NCBI GenBank assembly: GCA_964016885.1
Contig: OZ024744.1
Location: forward strand, 129,518,001 to 129,582,000
Length of the DNA: 64,000 bases
Source: Eledone cirrhosa
Taxonomy: Eukaryota
Direction of reading: 5' to 3'
This document shows, in pieces, positions 13,091 to 26,600 of the stretch; the first letter of the stretch is position 1; each line of letters opens with the position of its first letter. The notes below the pieces were generated by a model that was not told the DNA's origin, did no database searches, and saw only the letters and a program-made list of their open reading frames with translations. Both the position numbers and the translations under genes were made by a program.

Positions 13091-15159
13091 TAAGTTAAGT
13101 TGGGGTTAAGTTAAGTTGGAGTTAAGTTAAGTTGGGGGTAAGTTAAGTTGGGGTTAAGTTAAGTTGGGGTTAAGATAAGTTTGGGTTAAGTTAAGTTGGG
13201 GTTGAGCTAAGTTGGGGTTGAGTTAATTTGGGGTTAAGTTAAGTTGGGGTTAAGTTAAGTTGGGTTTAAGTTAAGTTGGGGTTAAGTTAAGTTGGGGTTA
13301 AATTAAGTTGGGGTTAAGCTAAGTTGGGGTTAAGTTAAATTGAGGTTAAGTTAAGTTGGGGTTAATTTAAGTTGGGGTTAAGCTAAGTTGGGGTTAAGTT
13401 AAATTGAGGTTAAGTTAAGTTGGGGTTAAGTTCAGTTGGGGTTAATTTAAGTTGGGGCTAAGTAAAGTTGGGGCTAAGTGAAGTGGGGGTTAAGTTAAGT
13501 TAGGGTTGAGTTAAGTTGGGGTTAAGTTAATTTTGTGTTAAGTTAAGTTGGGTTTGAGTTAAGTTGGGGTTAATTAAGTTGGGGTTAAGTTAAGTTGGGG
13601 TTAAGTTAAGTTGGGGTTAAGTTAAGTTGGGGTTAAGTTAAGTTGCGGTTAAGTTAAGTTGAGGTTAAGTTAAGTTGGGGCTAAGTTAAGTTGGGGCTAA
13701 GTTAAGTTGGGGCTTAGTTAAGTTGGGGTTAACTTAAGTTGGGGTTAAGTTAAGGTGGGGTTTAGTTAAGTTGGGGTCAACTAAAGTTGGGGTTAAGTTA
13801 AGTTGGGGTTCACTTAAGTTGGGGGTAAGTTAAGTTGGGGTTAAGTTAAGTTGGGGTTTATTTAAGTTGGGGTTCAGTTAATTTGGGGTTAAGTTAAGTT
13901 TGGGTTTAGTTGGGGTTAAATTAAGTTGGGGTTAAGTTAAGCTGGGGTTAAGTTACGTTGGGGTTAATTTAAGTAGGGGTTAAGTTAAGTTGCGGGTAAT
14001 TTAAGTTGGGGTTAAGTTAAGTTGGGGTTAAGTTAAGTTGGGGTTAAGTTAAGTTGGGGGTAAGTTAAGTTGGGGGTAAGTTAAGTTGGGGGTAAGTTAA
14101 GTTGGGGTTAAGTTAAGTTGGGGTTAAGTTAAGTTGGGGTTAAGTTAAGTTAGGGTTAAGTTAAGTTGGGGTTGAGTTAAGTTGGGGTTAACTTAAGTTG
14201 GGGTTATGTTAAGTTGGGGTTAAGTTAAATTGGGGTTAATTTAACTTTGTGGTTAAGTTAAGTTGGGGTTAATTTAAGTTGGGGTTAAGTTAAGTTGGAG
14301 TTAAGTTAAGTTGGGGTTAAGTTAAGTTGGGGTTAATTTAAGTTGCGGTTAAGTTAAGTTGAGGTTAAGTTAAGTTGGGGTTAAGTTAAGTTGGGGTTAA
14401 GTTAAGTTGGGGCTAAGTTAAGTTGGGGCTTAGTTAAGTTGGGGTTAAGTTAAGTTGGGGTTAAGTTAAGGTGGGGTTTAGTTAAGTTGGGGTCAACTAA
14501 AGTTGGGGTTAAGTTAAGTTGGGGTTTATTTAAGTTGGGGTTCAGTTAATTTGGGGTTAAGTTAAGTTTGGGTTAAGTTGGGGTTAAATTAAGTTGGGGT
14601 TAAGAATAAGTTGGGGTTAAGTTAAGTTGGGGTTAAGTTAAGTTGGGGTTAAGTTAAGTTGGGGTTAAGTTAAGTTGGGGGTAAGTTAAGTTGGGGGTAA
14701 GTTAAGTTGGTGTTAAGTTAAGTTGGGGTTAAGTTAAGTTGGGGTTAAGTTAAGTTGGGTTTAAGTTAAGTTGGGGCTGAGTTAAGTTAGGGCTAAGTTA
14801 AGTTGGAGATAAGTAAAGTTAGGGCTAAGTTAAGTTGGGGTTAAGTTAAGTTGGGGTTAATTTAAGTTGGGGTTACATTAAGATGAGGTTAAGTTAAGTT
14901 GGTGTTAAGTTAAGTTGGGGTTAATTTAATTTAAGTTGGGGTTAAGTTAAGTTGGGGTTAAGTTAAGTTGGGGTTAATTTCAGTTGGGGTTGAGTTAAGT
15001 TGGGGTTAAGTTTAGTTGGGGTTAAGTTAAGTTGGGGTTGAGTTAAGTTGGGGTTAAGTTAAGTTGGGGCTAAGTTAAGTTCGGGTTAAATTAAGTTGGT
15101 GTTAAGTTAAGTTGGGGTTAAGTTAAGTTGGGGCTAAGTTAAGTTGGGTCTAAGTTAAG

Positions 15160-17680
15160 TTGGGGTTAGGTTAAGTTGGGGTTAAGTTAAGTTAGGGTTA
15201 ATTTAAGTTGGGGTTATGTTAAGTTGGGGTTAAGTTAAGTTGGGGTTAAGTTAGGTTGGTGTTAAGTTAAGTTGGGGGTAAGTTAAGTTGGGGGTAAGTT
15301 AAGTTGGTGTTAAGTTAAGTTGGGGTTAAGTTAAGTTGGGGTTAAGTTAAGTTGGGTTTAAGTTAAGTTGGGGCTAAGTTAAGTTGGGGCTGAGTTAAGT
15401 TGTGGTTAAATTAAGTTGGGGTTAAGTTAAGTTGGGGGTAAGATAAGTTGGGGTTAGTTAAGTTGCGGTTAAGTTAAGTTGGGGTAAAGTTAAGTTGGGG
15501 TTAAGTTGAGTTGGGGTAAAGTTAAGTTGGGGTTAAGTTAAGTTGGGGTTAATTTAAGTTGGGGTTAAGTTAAGTTGCGGTTAAGTTAAGTTGGGGTTAA
15601 GTTAAGTTCGCGTTAAGTTAAGTTGGGGTTAAGTTAAGTTGGGATTAAGTTAAGTTGGGGTTAAGTTAAGTTGGGGTTAAGTTCAGTCGGGGTTAAGTTA
15701 AGTTGCGGTTAAGTTAAGTTGGGGTTAAGTTAAGTTGGGGTTAAGTTAATTAGGGTTAAGTTAAGTTGGGGTTAAGTTAAGTTGGGGTTAAGTTAAGTTG
15801 CGGTTAAGTTAAGTTCGCGTTAAGTTAAGTTGGGGTTAAGTTAAGTTGGGATTAAGTTAAGTTGGGGTTAAGTTAAGTTGGGGTTAAGTTAAGTTGGGGT
15901 TAAGTTAGATTGTTGTTGAGTTAAGTTGGGGTTAATTTAAGTTGGGGTTAAGTTAAGTCGGGGTTAAGTTGAGTTGGGGTTAGGTTAAGTTGGGGTTAAG
16001 TTAAGTTGGGGTTAAGTTAAGTTGGGGTTAAGATAAGTTGGGGTTAAGTTAAGTTGGGGTTGAGTTAATTTGGGGTTAACTTAAGTTGGGGTTAACTTAA
16101 GTCGGGATTAAGTTAAGTGGGGGTTAAATTAAGTTCGGGTTAAGTTAAGTTGGGGTTAAGTTAAGTTGGGGTTAAGTTAGGTTGGGGCTAAGTTAAGTTG
16201 GGGGTAAGTTAAGTTGGGGGTAAGTTCAGTTGGGGTTAAGTTAAGTTGGGGTTGAGTTAAGTTGGGGCTAAGTTAAGTTAGGGTTATGTTAAGTTGGGGT
16301 TAATTTAAGTTGGGGTTAAGTTAAGTTGGGGTTCAATTAAGTTGCGGTTAATTTAAGTTGGGGTTAAGTTAAGTTGGGGTTAAGTTAAGTTGGGGTTAAG
16401 TTAAGTTGGGGTTAAGTTAAGTTGGGGTTAGGTTAAGTTGGGGTTAAGTTAAGTTAGGGTTAATTTAAGTTGGGGTTATGTTAAGTTGGGGTTAAGTTAA
16501 GTTGGGGTTAAGTTAGGTTGGTGTTAAGTTAAGTTGGGGGTAAGTTAAGTTGGGGGTAAGTTAAGTTGGTGTTAAGTTAAGTTGGGGTTAAGTTAAGTTG
16601 GGGTTAAGTTAAGTTGGGTTTAAGTTAAGTTGGGGCTAAGTTAAGTTGGGGCTGAGTTAAGTTGTGGTTAAATTAAGTTGGGGTTAAGTTAAGTTGGGGG
16701 TAAGATAAGTTGGGGTTAGTTAAGTTGCGGTTAGGTTAAGTTGGGGTAAAGTTAAGTTGGGGTTAAGTTGAGTTGGGGTAAAGTTAAGTTGGGGTTAAGT
16801 TAAGTTGGGGTTAATTTAAGTTGGGGTTAAGTTAAGTTGCGGTTAAGTTAAGTTGGGGTTAAGTTAAGTTCGCGTTAAGTTAAGTTGGGGTTAAGTTAAG
16901 TTGGGATTAAGTTAAGTTGGGGTTAAGTTAAGTTGGGGTTAAGTTCAGTCGGGGTTAAGTTAAGTTGCGGTTAAGTTAAGTTGGGGTTAAGTTAAGTTGG
17001 GGTTAAGTTAATTAGGGTTAAGTTAAGTTGGGGTTAAGTTAAGTTGGGGTTAAGTTAAGTTGCGGTTAAGTTAAGTTCGCGTTAAGTTAAGTTGGGGTTA
17101 AGTTAAGTTGGGATTAAGTTAAGTTGGGGTTAAGTTAAGTTGGGGTTAAGTTAAGTTGGGGTTAAGTTAGATTGTTGTTGAGTTAAGTTGGGGTTAATTT
17201 AAGTTGGGGTTAAGTTAAGTCGGGGTTAAGTTGAGTTGGGGTTAGGTTAAGTTGGGGTTAAGTTAAGTTGGGGTTAAGTTAAGTTGGGGTTAAGATAAGT
17301 TGGGGTTAAGTTAAGTTGGGGTTGAGTTAATTTGGGGTTAACTTAAGTTGGGGTTAACTTAAGTCGGGATTAAGTTAAGTGGGGGTTAAATTAAGTTCGG
17401 GTTAAGTTAAGTTGGGGTTAAGTTAAGTTGGGGTTAAGTTAGGTTGGGGCTAAGTTAAGTTGGGGGTAAGTTAAGTTGGGGGTAAGTTCAGTTGGGGTTA
17501 AGTTAAGTTGGGGTTGAGTTAAGTTGGGGCTAAGTTAAGTTAGGGTTATGTTAAGTTGGGGTTAATTTAAGTTGGGGTTAAGTTAAGTTGGGGTTCAATT
17601 AAGTTGCGGTTAATTTAAGTTGGGGTTAAGTTAAGTTGGGGTTAAGTTAAGTTGGGGTTAAGTTAAGTTGGGGTTAAGTT
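15160..17680 (+). repeat. 1262-bp tandem duplication within the satellite
   Basis: Four markers share the offset 1262: TTAGG (AGG at 15168/16430), TGTGG at 15401/16663, CGCG at 15609/16871 and CGCG at 15816/17078. Confidence 0.85.
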
Positions 17681-20600
17681 AAGTTGGGGTTAAGTTAAGT
17701 TGGGGTTAAGTTAAGTTGGGGTTAAATTAAGTTGGGGTTAAGTTAAGTTGTGGTTAAGTTAAGTTGGGGTTAAGTTAAGTAGGGGTTAAGTTAAGTTGGG
17801 GTTAAGTTAAGTTGGGGTTAAGTTAAGTTGGGGTTAAGTTAATTTGTGGTTAAGTTAAGTTGGGGTTAAGTTAAGTTGGGGTTAAGTTCAGTCGGGGTTA
17901 AGTTAAGTCGGGGTTAAGTTAAGTTGGGGTTGAGTTAAGTTGGGGTTAAGTTAAGTTGGGGTTAAGATAAGTTGGGGTTAAGTTAAGTTGGGGTTGAGTT
18001 AAGTTGGGGTTAATTTAAGTTGGGGCTAAGTAAAGTTGGGGCTAAGTGAAGTGGGGGTTAAGTTAAGTTAGGGTTGAGTTAAGTTGGGGTTAAGTTAATT
18101 TTGTGTTAAGTTAAGTTGGGGTTGAGCTAAGTTGGGGTTGAGTTAATTTGGGGTTAAGTTAAGTTGGGGTTAAGTTAAGTTGGGTTTAAGTTAAGTTGGG
18201 GTTAAGTTAAGTTGGGGTTAAATTAAGTTGGGGTTAAGCTAAGTTGGGGTTAAGTTAAATTGAGGTTAAGTTAAGTTGGGGTTAATTTAAGTTGGGGTTA
18301 AGCTAAGTTGGGGTTAAGTTAAATTGAGGTTAAGTTAAGTTGGGGTTAAGTTCAGTTGGGGTTAATTTAAGTTGGGGCTAAGTAAAGTTGGGGCTAAGTG
18401 AAGTGGGGGTTAAGTTAAGTTAGGGTTGAGTTAAGTTGGGGTTAAGTTAATTTTGTGTTAAGTTAAGTTGGGTTTGAGTTAAGTTGGGGTTAATTAAGTT
18501 GGGGTTAAGTTAAGTTGGGGTTAAGTTAAGTTGGGGTTAAGTTAAGTTGCGGTTAAGTTAAGTTGCGGTTAAGTTAAGTTGAGGTTAAGTTAAGTTGGGG
18601 CTAAGTTAAGTTGGGGCTAAGTTAAGTTGGGGCTTAGTTAAGTTGGGGTTAAGTTAAGTTGGGGTTAAGTTAAGGTGGGGTTTAGTTAAGTTGGGGTCAA
18701 CTAAAGTTGGGGTTAAGTTAAGTTGGGGTTCACTTAAGTTGGGGGTAAGTTAAGTTGGGGTTAAGTTAAGTTGGGGTTTATTTAAGTTGGGGTTCAGTTA
18801 ATTTGGGGTTAAGTTAAGTTTGGGTTTAGTTGGGGTTAAATTAAGTTGGGGTTAAGTTAAGCTGGGGTTAAGTTACGTTGGGGTTAATTTAAGTAGGGGT
18901 TAAGTTAAGTTGCGGGTAATTTAAGTTGGGGTTAAGTTAAGTTGGGGTTAAGTTAAGTTGGGGTTAAGTTAAGTTGGGGGTAAGTTAAGTTGGGGGTAAG
19001 TTAAGTTGGGGGTAAGTTAAGTTGGGGTTAAGTTAAGTTGGGGTTAAGTTAAGTTGGGGTTAAGTTAAGTTAGGGTTAAGTTAAGTTGGGGTTGAGTTAA
19101 GTTGGGGTTAAGTTAAGTTGGGGTTATGTTAAGTTGGGGTTAAGTTAAATTGGGGTTAATTTAACTTTGTGGTTAAGTTAAGTTGGGGTTAATTTAAGTT
19201 GGGGTTAAGTTAAGTTGGAGTTAAGTTAAGTTGGGGTTAAGTTAAGTTGGGGTTAATTTAAGTTGCGGTTAAGTTAAGTTGAGGTTAAGTTAAGTTGGGG
19301 TTAAGTTAAGTTGGGGTTAAGTTAAGTTGGGGCTAAGTTAAGTTGGGGCTTAGTTAAGTTGGGGTTAAGTTAAGTTGGGGTTAAGTTAAGGTGGGGTTTA
19401 TTTAAGTTGGGGTTCAGTTAATTTGGGGTTAAGTTAAGTTTGGGTTAAGTTGGGGTTAAATTAAGTTGGGGTTAAGTTAAGTTGGGGTTAAGTTAAGTTG
19501 GGGTTAAGTTAAGTTGGGGTTAAGTTAAGTTGGGGTTAAGTTAAGTTGGGGGTAAGTTAAGTTGGGGGTAAGTTAAGTTGGTGTTAAGTTAAGTTGGGGT
19601 TAAGTTAAGTTGGGGTTAAGTTAAGTTGGGTTTAAGTTAAGTTGGGGCTGAGTTAAGTTAGGGCTAAGTTAAGTTGGAGATAAGTAAAGTTAGGGCTAAG
19701 TTAAGTTGGGGTTAAGTTAAGTTGGGGTTAATTTAAGTTGGGGTTACATTAAGATGAGGTTAAGTTAAGTTGGTGTTAAGTTAAGTTGGGGTTAATTTAA
19801 TTTAAGTTGGGGTTAAGTTAAGTTGGGGTTAAGTTAAGTTGGGTCTAAGTTAAGTTGGGGTTAAGTTAAGTTGGGGTTAATTTCAGTTGGGGTTGAGTTA
19901 AGTTGGGGTTAAGTTTAGTTGGGGTTAAGTTAAGTTGGGGTTGAGTTAAGTTGGGGTTAAGTTAAGTTGGGGCTAAGTTAAGTTCGGGTTAAATTAAGTT
20001 GGTGTTAAGTTAAGTTGGGGTTAAGTTAAGTTGGGGCTAAGTTAAGTTGGGTCTAAGTTAAGTTGGGGTTAAGTTAAGTTGGGGTTAAGTTAAGTTAGGG
20101 TTAATTTAAGTTGGGGTTATGTTAAGTTGGGGTTAAGTTAAGTTGGGGTTAAGTTAGGTTGGTGTTAAGTTAAGTTGGGGGTAAGTTAAGTTGGGGGTAA
20201 GTTAAGTTGGTGTTAAGTTAAGTTGGGGTTAAGTTAAGTTGGGGTTAAGTTAAGTTGGGTTTAAGTTAAGTTGGGGCTAAGTTAAGTTAGGGCTAAGTTA
20301 AGTTGGGGCTGAGTTATTAGGGGTTAAATTAAGTTGGGGTTAAGTTAAGTTGGGGGTAAGATAAGTTGGGGTTAGTTAAGTTGCGGTTAAGTTAAGTTGG
20401 GGTAAAGTTAAGTTGGGGTTAAGTTGAGTTGGGGTAAAGTTAAGTTGGGGTTAAGTTAAGTTGGGGTTAATTTAAGTTGGGGTTAAGTTAAGTTGCGGTT
20501 AAGTTAAGTTGGGGTTAAGTTAAGTTCGCGTTAAGTTAAGTTGGGGTTAAGTTAAGTTGGGATTAAGTTAAGTTGGGGTTAAGTTAAGTTGGGGTTAAGT

Positions 20601-23600
20601 TCAGTCGGGGTTAAGTTAAGTTGCGGTTAAGTTAAGTTGGGGTTAAGTTAAGTTGGGGTTAAGTTAATTAGGGTTAAGTTAAGTTGGGGTTAAGTTAAGT
20701 TGGGGTTAAGTTAAGTTGCGGTTAAGTTAAGTTCGCGTTAAGTTAAGTTGGGGTTAAGTTAAGTTGGGATTAAGTTAAGTTGGGGTTAAGTTAAGTTGGG
20801 GTTAAGTTAAGTTGGGGTTAAGTTAGATTGTTGTTGAGTTAAGTTGGGGTTAATTTAAGTTGGGGTTAAGTTAAGTCGGGGTTAAGTTGAGTTGGGGTTA
20901 GGTTAAGTTGGGGTTAAGTTAAGGTGGGGTTTAGTTAAGTTGGGGTCAACTAAAGTTGGGGTTAAGTTAAGTTGGGGTTCACTTAAGTTGGGGGTAAGTT
21001 AAGTTGGGGTTAAGTTAAGTTGGGGTTTATTTAAGTTGGGGTTCAGTTAATTTGGGGTTAAGTTAAGTTTGGGTTTAGTTGGGGTTAAATTAAGTTGGGG
21101 TTAAGTTAAGCTGGGGTTAAGTTACGTTGGTGTTAATTTAAGTAGGGGTTAAGTTAAGTTGCGGGTAATTTAAGTTGGGGTTAAGTTAAGTTGGGGTTAA
21201 GTTAAGTTGGGGTTAAGTTAAGTTGGGGGTAAGTTAAGTTGGGGGTAAGTTAAGTTGGGGGTAAGTTAAGTTGGGGTTAAGTTAAGTTGGGGTTAAGTTA
21301 AGTTGGGGTTAAGTTAAGTTAGGGTTAAGTTAAGTTGGGGTTGAGTTAAGTTGGGGTTAAGTTAAGTTGGGGTTATGTTAAGTTGGGGTTAAGTTAAATT
21401 GGGGTTAATTTAACTTTGTGGTTAAGTTAAGTTGGGGTTAATTTAAGTTGGGGTTAAGTTAAGTTGGAGTTAAGTTAAGTTGGGGTTAAGTTAAGTTGGG
21501 GTTAATTTAAGTTGCGGTTAAGTTAAGTTGAGGTTAAGTTAAGTTGGGGTTAAGTTAAGTTGGGGTTAAGTTAAGTTGGGGCTAAGTTAAGTTGGGGCTT
21601 AGTTAAGTTGGGGTTAAGTTAAGTTGGGGTTAAGTTAAGGTGGGGTTTAGTTAAGTTGGGGTCAACTAAAGTTGGGGTTAAGTTAAGTTGGGGTTTATTT
21701 AAGTTGGGGTTCAGTTAATTTGGGGTTAAGTTAAGTTTGGGTTAAGTTGGGGTTAAATTAAGTTGGGGTTAAGTTAAGTTGGGGTTAAGTTAAGTTGGGG
21801 TTAAGTTAAGTTGGGGTTAAGTTAAGTTGGGGTTAAGTTAAGTTGGGGGTAAGTTAAGTTGGGGGTAAGTTAAGTTGGTGTTAAGTTAAGTTGGGGTTAA
21901 GTTAAGTTGGGGTTAAGTTAAGTTGGGTTTAAGTTAAGTTGGGGCTGAGTTAAGTTAGGGCTAAGTTAAGTTGGAGATAAGTAAAGTTAGGGCTAAGTTA
22001 AGTTGGGGTTAAGTTAAGTTGGGGTTAATTTAAGTTGGGGTTACATTAAGATGAGGTTAAGTTAAGTTGGTGTTAAGTTAAGTTGGGGTTAATTTAATTT
22101 AAGTTGGGTTTAAGTTAAGTTGGGGTTAAGTTAAGTTGGGGTTAATTTCAGTTGGGGTTGAGTTAAGTTGGGGTTAAGTTTAGTTGGGGTTAAGTTAAGT
22201 TGGGGTTGAGTTAAGTTGGGGTTAAGTTAAGTTGGGGCTAAGTTAAGTTCGGGTTAAATTAAGTTGGTGTTAAGTTAAGTTGGGGTTAAGTTAAGTTGGG
22301 GCTAAGTTAAGTTGGGTCTAAGTTAAGTTGGGGTTAAGTTAAGTTGGGGTTAAGTTAAGTTAGGGTTAATTTAAGTTGGGGTTATGTTAAGTTGGGGTTA
22401 AGTTAAGTTGGGGTTAAGTTAGGTTGGTGTTAAGTTAAGTTGGGGGTAAGTTAAGTTGGGGGTAAGTTAAGTTGGTGTTAAGTTAAGTTGGGGTTAAGTT
22501 AAGTTGGGGTTAAGTTAAGTTGGGTTTAAGTTAAGTTGGGGCTAAGTTAAGTTAGGGCTAAGTTAAGTTGGGGCTGAGTTAAGTTGGGGTTAAATTAAGT
22601 TGGGGTTAAGTTAAGTTGGGGGTAAGATAAGTTGGGGTTAGTTAAGTTGCGGTTAAGTTAAGTTGGGGTAAAGTTAAGTTGGGGTTAAGTTGAGTTGGGG
22701 TAAAGTTAAGTTGGGGTTAAGTTAAGTTGGGGTTAATTTAAGTTGGGGTTAAGTTAAGTTGCGGTTAAGTTAAGTTGGGGTTAAGTTAAGTTCGCGTTAA
22801 GTTAACTTGGGGTTAAGTTAAGTTGGGATTAAGTTAAGTTGGGGTTAAATTAAGTTGGGGTTAAGTTCAGTCGGGGTTAAGTTAAGTTGCGGTTAAGTTA
22901 AGTTGGGGTTAAGTTAAGTTGCGGTTAAGTTAAGTTCGCGTTAAGTTAAGTTGGGGTTAAGTTAAGTTGGGATTAAGTTAAGTTGGGGTTAAGTTAAGTT
23001 GGGGTTAAGTTAAGTTGGGGTTAAGTTAGATTGTTGTTGAGTTAAGTTGGGGTTAATTTAAGTTGGGGTTAAGTTAAGTCGGGGTTAAGTTGAGTTGGGG
23101 TTAAGTTAAGTTGGGGTTAAGTTAAGTTGGGGTTAAGTTAAGTTGGGGTTAAGATAAGTTGGGGTTAAGTTAAGTTGGGGTTGAGTTAATTTGGGGTTAA
23201 CTTAAGTTGGGGTTAACTTAAGTCGGGATTAAGTTAAGTGGGGGTTAAATTAAGTTCGGGTTAAGTTAGGTTGGGGCTAAGTTAGGTTGGGGCTAAGTTA
23301 AGTTGGGGGTAAGTTAAGTTGGGGGTAAGTTCAGTTGGGGTTAAGTTAAGTTGGGGTTGAGTTAAGTTGGGGCTAAGTTAAGTTAGGGTTATGTTAAGTT
23401 GGGGTTAATTTAAGTTGGGGTTAAGTTAAGTTGGGGTTCAATTAAGTTGCGGTTAATTTAAGTTGGGGTTAAGTTAAGTTGGGGTTAAGTTAAGTTGGGG
23501 TTAAGTTAAGTTGGGGTTAAGTTAAGTTGGGGTTAAGTTAAGTTGGGGTTAAGTTAAGTTGGGGTTAAATTAAGTTGGGGTTAAGTTAAGTTGTGGTTAA

Positions 23601-26600
23601 GTTAAGTTGGGGTTAAGTTAAGTAGGGGTTAAGTTAAGTTGGGGTTAAGTTAAGTTGGGGTTAAGTTAAGTTGGGGTTAAGTTAATTTGTGGTTAAGTTA
23701 AGTTGGGGTTAAGTTAAGTTGGGGTTAAGTTCAGTCGGGGTTAAGTTAAGTCGGGGTTAAGTTAAGTTGGGGTTGAGTTAAGTTGGGGTTAAGTTAAGTT
23801 GGGGTTAAGATAAGTTGGGGTTAAGTTAAGTTGGGGTTGAGTTAAGTTGGGGTTAATTTAAGTTGGGGCTAAGTAAAGTTGGGGCTAAGTGAAGTGGGGG
23901 TTAAGTTAAGTTAGGGTTGAGTTAAGTTGGGGTTAAGTTAATTTTGTGTTAAGTTAAGTTGGGGTTGAGCTAAGTTGGGGTTGAGTTAATTTGGGGTTAA
24001 GTTAAGTTGGGGTTAAGTTAAGTTGGGTTTAAGTTAAGTTGGGGTTAAGTTAAGTTGGGGTTAAATTAAGTTGGGGTTAAGCTAAGTTGGGGTTAAGTTA
24101 AATTGAGGTTAAGTTAAGTTGGGGTTAAGTTCAGTTGGGGTTAATTTAAGTTGGGGCTAAGTAAAGTTGGGGCTAAGTGAAGTGGGGGTTAAGTTAAGTT
24201 AGGGTTGAGTTAAGTTGGGGTTAAGTTAATTTTGTGTTAAGTTAAGTTGGGTTTGAGTTAAGTTGGGGTTAATTAAGTTGGGGTTAAGTTAAGTTGGGGT
24301 TAAGTTAAGTTGGGGTTAAGTTAAGTTGCGGTTAAGTTAAGTTGCGGTTAAGTTAAGTTGAGGTTAAGTTAAGTTGGGGCTAAGTTAAGTTGGGGCTAAG
24401 TTAAGTTGGGGCTTAGTTAAGTTGGGGTTAAGTTAAGTTGGGGTTAAGTTAAGGTGGGGTTTAGTTAAGTTGGGGTCAACTAAAGTTGGGGTTAAGTTAA
24501 GTTGGGGTTCACTTAAGTTGGGGGTAAGTTAAGTTGGGGTTAAGTTAAGTTGGGGTTTATTTAAGTTGGGGTTCAGTTAATTTGGGGTTAAGTTAAGTTT
24601 GGGTTTAGTTGGGGTTAAATTAAGTTGGGGTTAAGTTAAGCTGGGGTTAAGTTACGTTGGGGTTAATTTAAGTAGGGGTTAAGTTAAGTTGCGGGTAATT
24701 TAAGTTGGGGTTAAGTTAAGTTGGGGTTAAGTTAAGTTGGGGTTAAGTTAAGTTGGGGGTAAGTTAAGTTGGGGGTAAGTTAAGTTGGGGGTAAGTTAAG
24801 TTGGGGTTAAGTTAAGTTGGGGTTAAGTTAAGTTGGGGTTAAGTTAAGTTAGGGTTAAGTTAAGTTGGGGTTGAGTTAAGTTGGGGTTAAGTTAAGTTGG
24901 GGTTATGTTAAGTTGGGGTTAAGTTAAATTGGGGTTAATTTAACTTTGTGGTTAAGTTAAGTTGGGGTTAATTTAAGTTGGGGTTAAGTTAAGTTGGAGT
25001 TAAGTTAAGTTGGGGTTAAGTTAAGTTGGGGTTAATTTAAGTTGCGGTTAAGTTAAGTTGAGGTTAAGTTAAGTTGGGGTTAAGTTAAGTTGGGGTTAAG
25101 TTAAGTTGGGGCTAAGTTAAGTTGGGGCTTAGTTAAGTTGGGGTTAAGTTAAGTTGGGGTTAAGTTAAGGTGGGGTTTAGTTAAGTTGGGGTCAACTAAA
25201 GTTGGGGTTAAGTTAAGTTGGGGTTTATTTAAGTTGGGGTTCAGTTAATTTGGGGTTAAGTTAAGTTTGGGTTAAGTTGGGGTTAAATTAAGTTGGGGTT
25301 AAGTTAAGTTGGGGTTAAGTTAAGTTGGGGTTAAGTTAAGTTGGGGTTAAGTTAAGTTGGGGTTAAGTTAAGTTGGGGGTAAGTTAAGTTGGGGGTAAGT
25401 TAAGTTGGTGTTAAGTTAAGTTGGGGTTAAGTTAAGTTGGGGTTAAGTTAAGTTGGGTTTAAGTTAAGTTGGGGCTGAGTTAAGTTAGGGCTAAGTTAAG
25501 TTGGAGATAAGTAAAGTTAGGGCTAAGTTAAGTTGGGGTTAAGTTAAGTTGGGGTTAATTTAAGTTGGGGTTACATTAAGATGAGGTTAAGTTAAGTTGG
25601 TGTTAAGTTAAGTTGGGGTTAATTTAATTTAAGTTGGGGTTAAGTTAAGTTGGGGTTAAGTTAAGTTGGGTCTAAGTTAAGTTGGGGTTAAGTTAAGTTG
25701 GGGTTAATTTCAGTTGGGGTTGAGTTAAGTTGGGGTTAAGTTTAGTTGGGGTTAAGTTAAGTTGGGGTTGAGTTAAGTTGGGGTTAAGTTAAGTTGGGGC
25801 TAAGTTAAGTTCGGGTTAAATTAAGTTGGTGTTAAGTTAAGTTGGGGTTAAGTTAAGTTGGGGCTAAGTTAAGTTGGGTCTAAGTTAAGTTGGGGTTAAG
25901 TTAAGTTGGGGTTAAGTTAAGTTAGGGTTAATTTAAGTTGGGGTTATGTTAAGTTGGGGTTAAGTTAAGTTGGGGTTAAGTTAGGTTGGTGTTAAGTTAA
26001 GTTGGGGGTAAGTTAAGTTGGGGGTAAGTTAAGTTGGTGTTAAGTTAAGTTGGGGTTAAGTTAAGTTGGGGTTAAGTTAAGTTGGGTTTAAGTTAAGTTG
26101 GGGCTAAGTTAAGTTAGGGCTAAGTTAAGTTGGGGCTGAGTTATTAGGGGTTAAATTAAGTTGGGGTTAAGTTAAGTTGGGGGTAAGATAAGTTGGGGTT
26201 AGTTAAGTTGCGGTTAAGTTAAGTTGGGGTAAAGTTAAGTTGGGGTTAAGTTGAGTTGGGGTAAAGTTAAGTTGGGGTTAAGTTAAGTTGGGGTTAATTT
26301 AAGTTGGGGTTAAGTTAAGTTGCGGTTAAGTTAAGTTGGGGTTAAGTTAAGTTCGCGTTAAGTTAAGTTGGGGTTAAGTTAAGTTGGGATTAAGTTAAGT
26401 TGGGGTTAAGTTAAGTTGGGGTTAAGTTCAGTCGGGGTTAAGTTAAGTTGCGGTTAAGTTAAGTTGGGGTTAAGTTAAGTTGGGGTTAAGTTAATTAGGG
26501 TTAAGTTAAGTTGGGGTTAAGTTAAGTTGGGGTTAAGTTAAGTTGCGGTTAAGTTAAGTTCGCGTTAAGTTAAGTTGGGGTTAAGTTAAGTTGGGATTAA

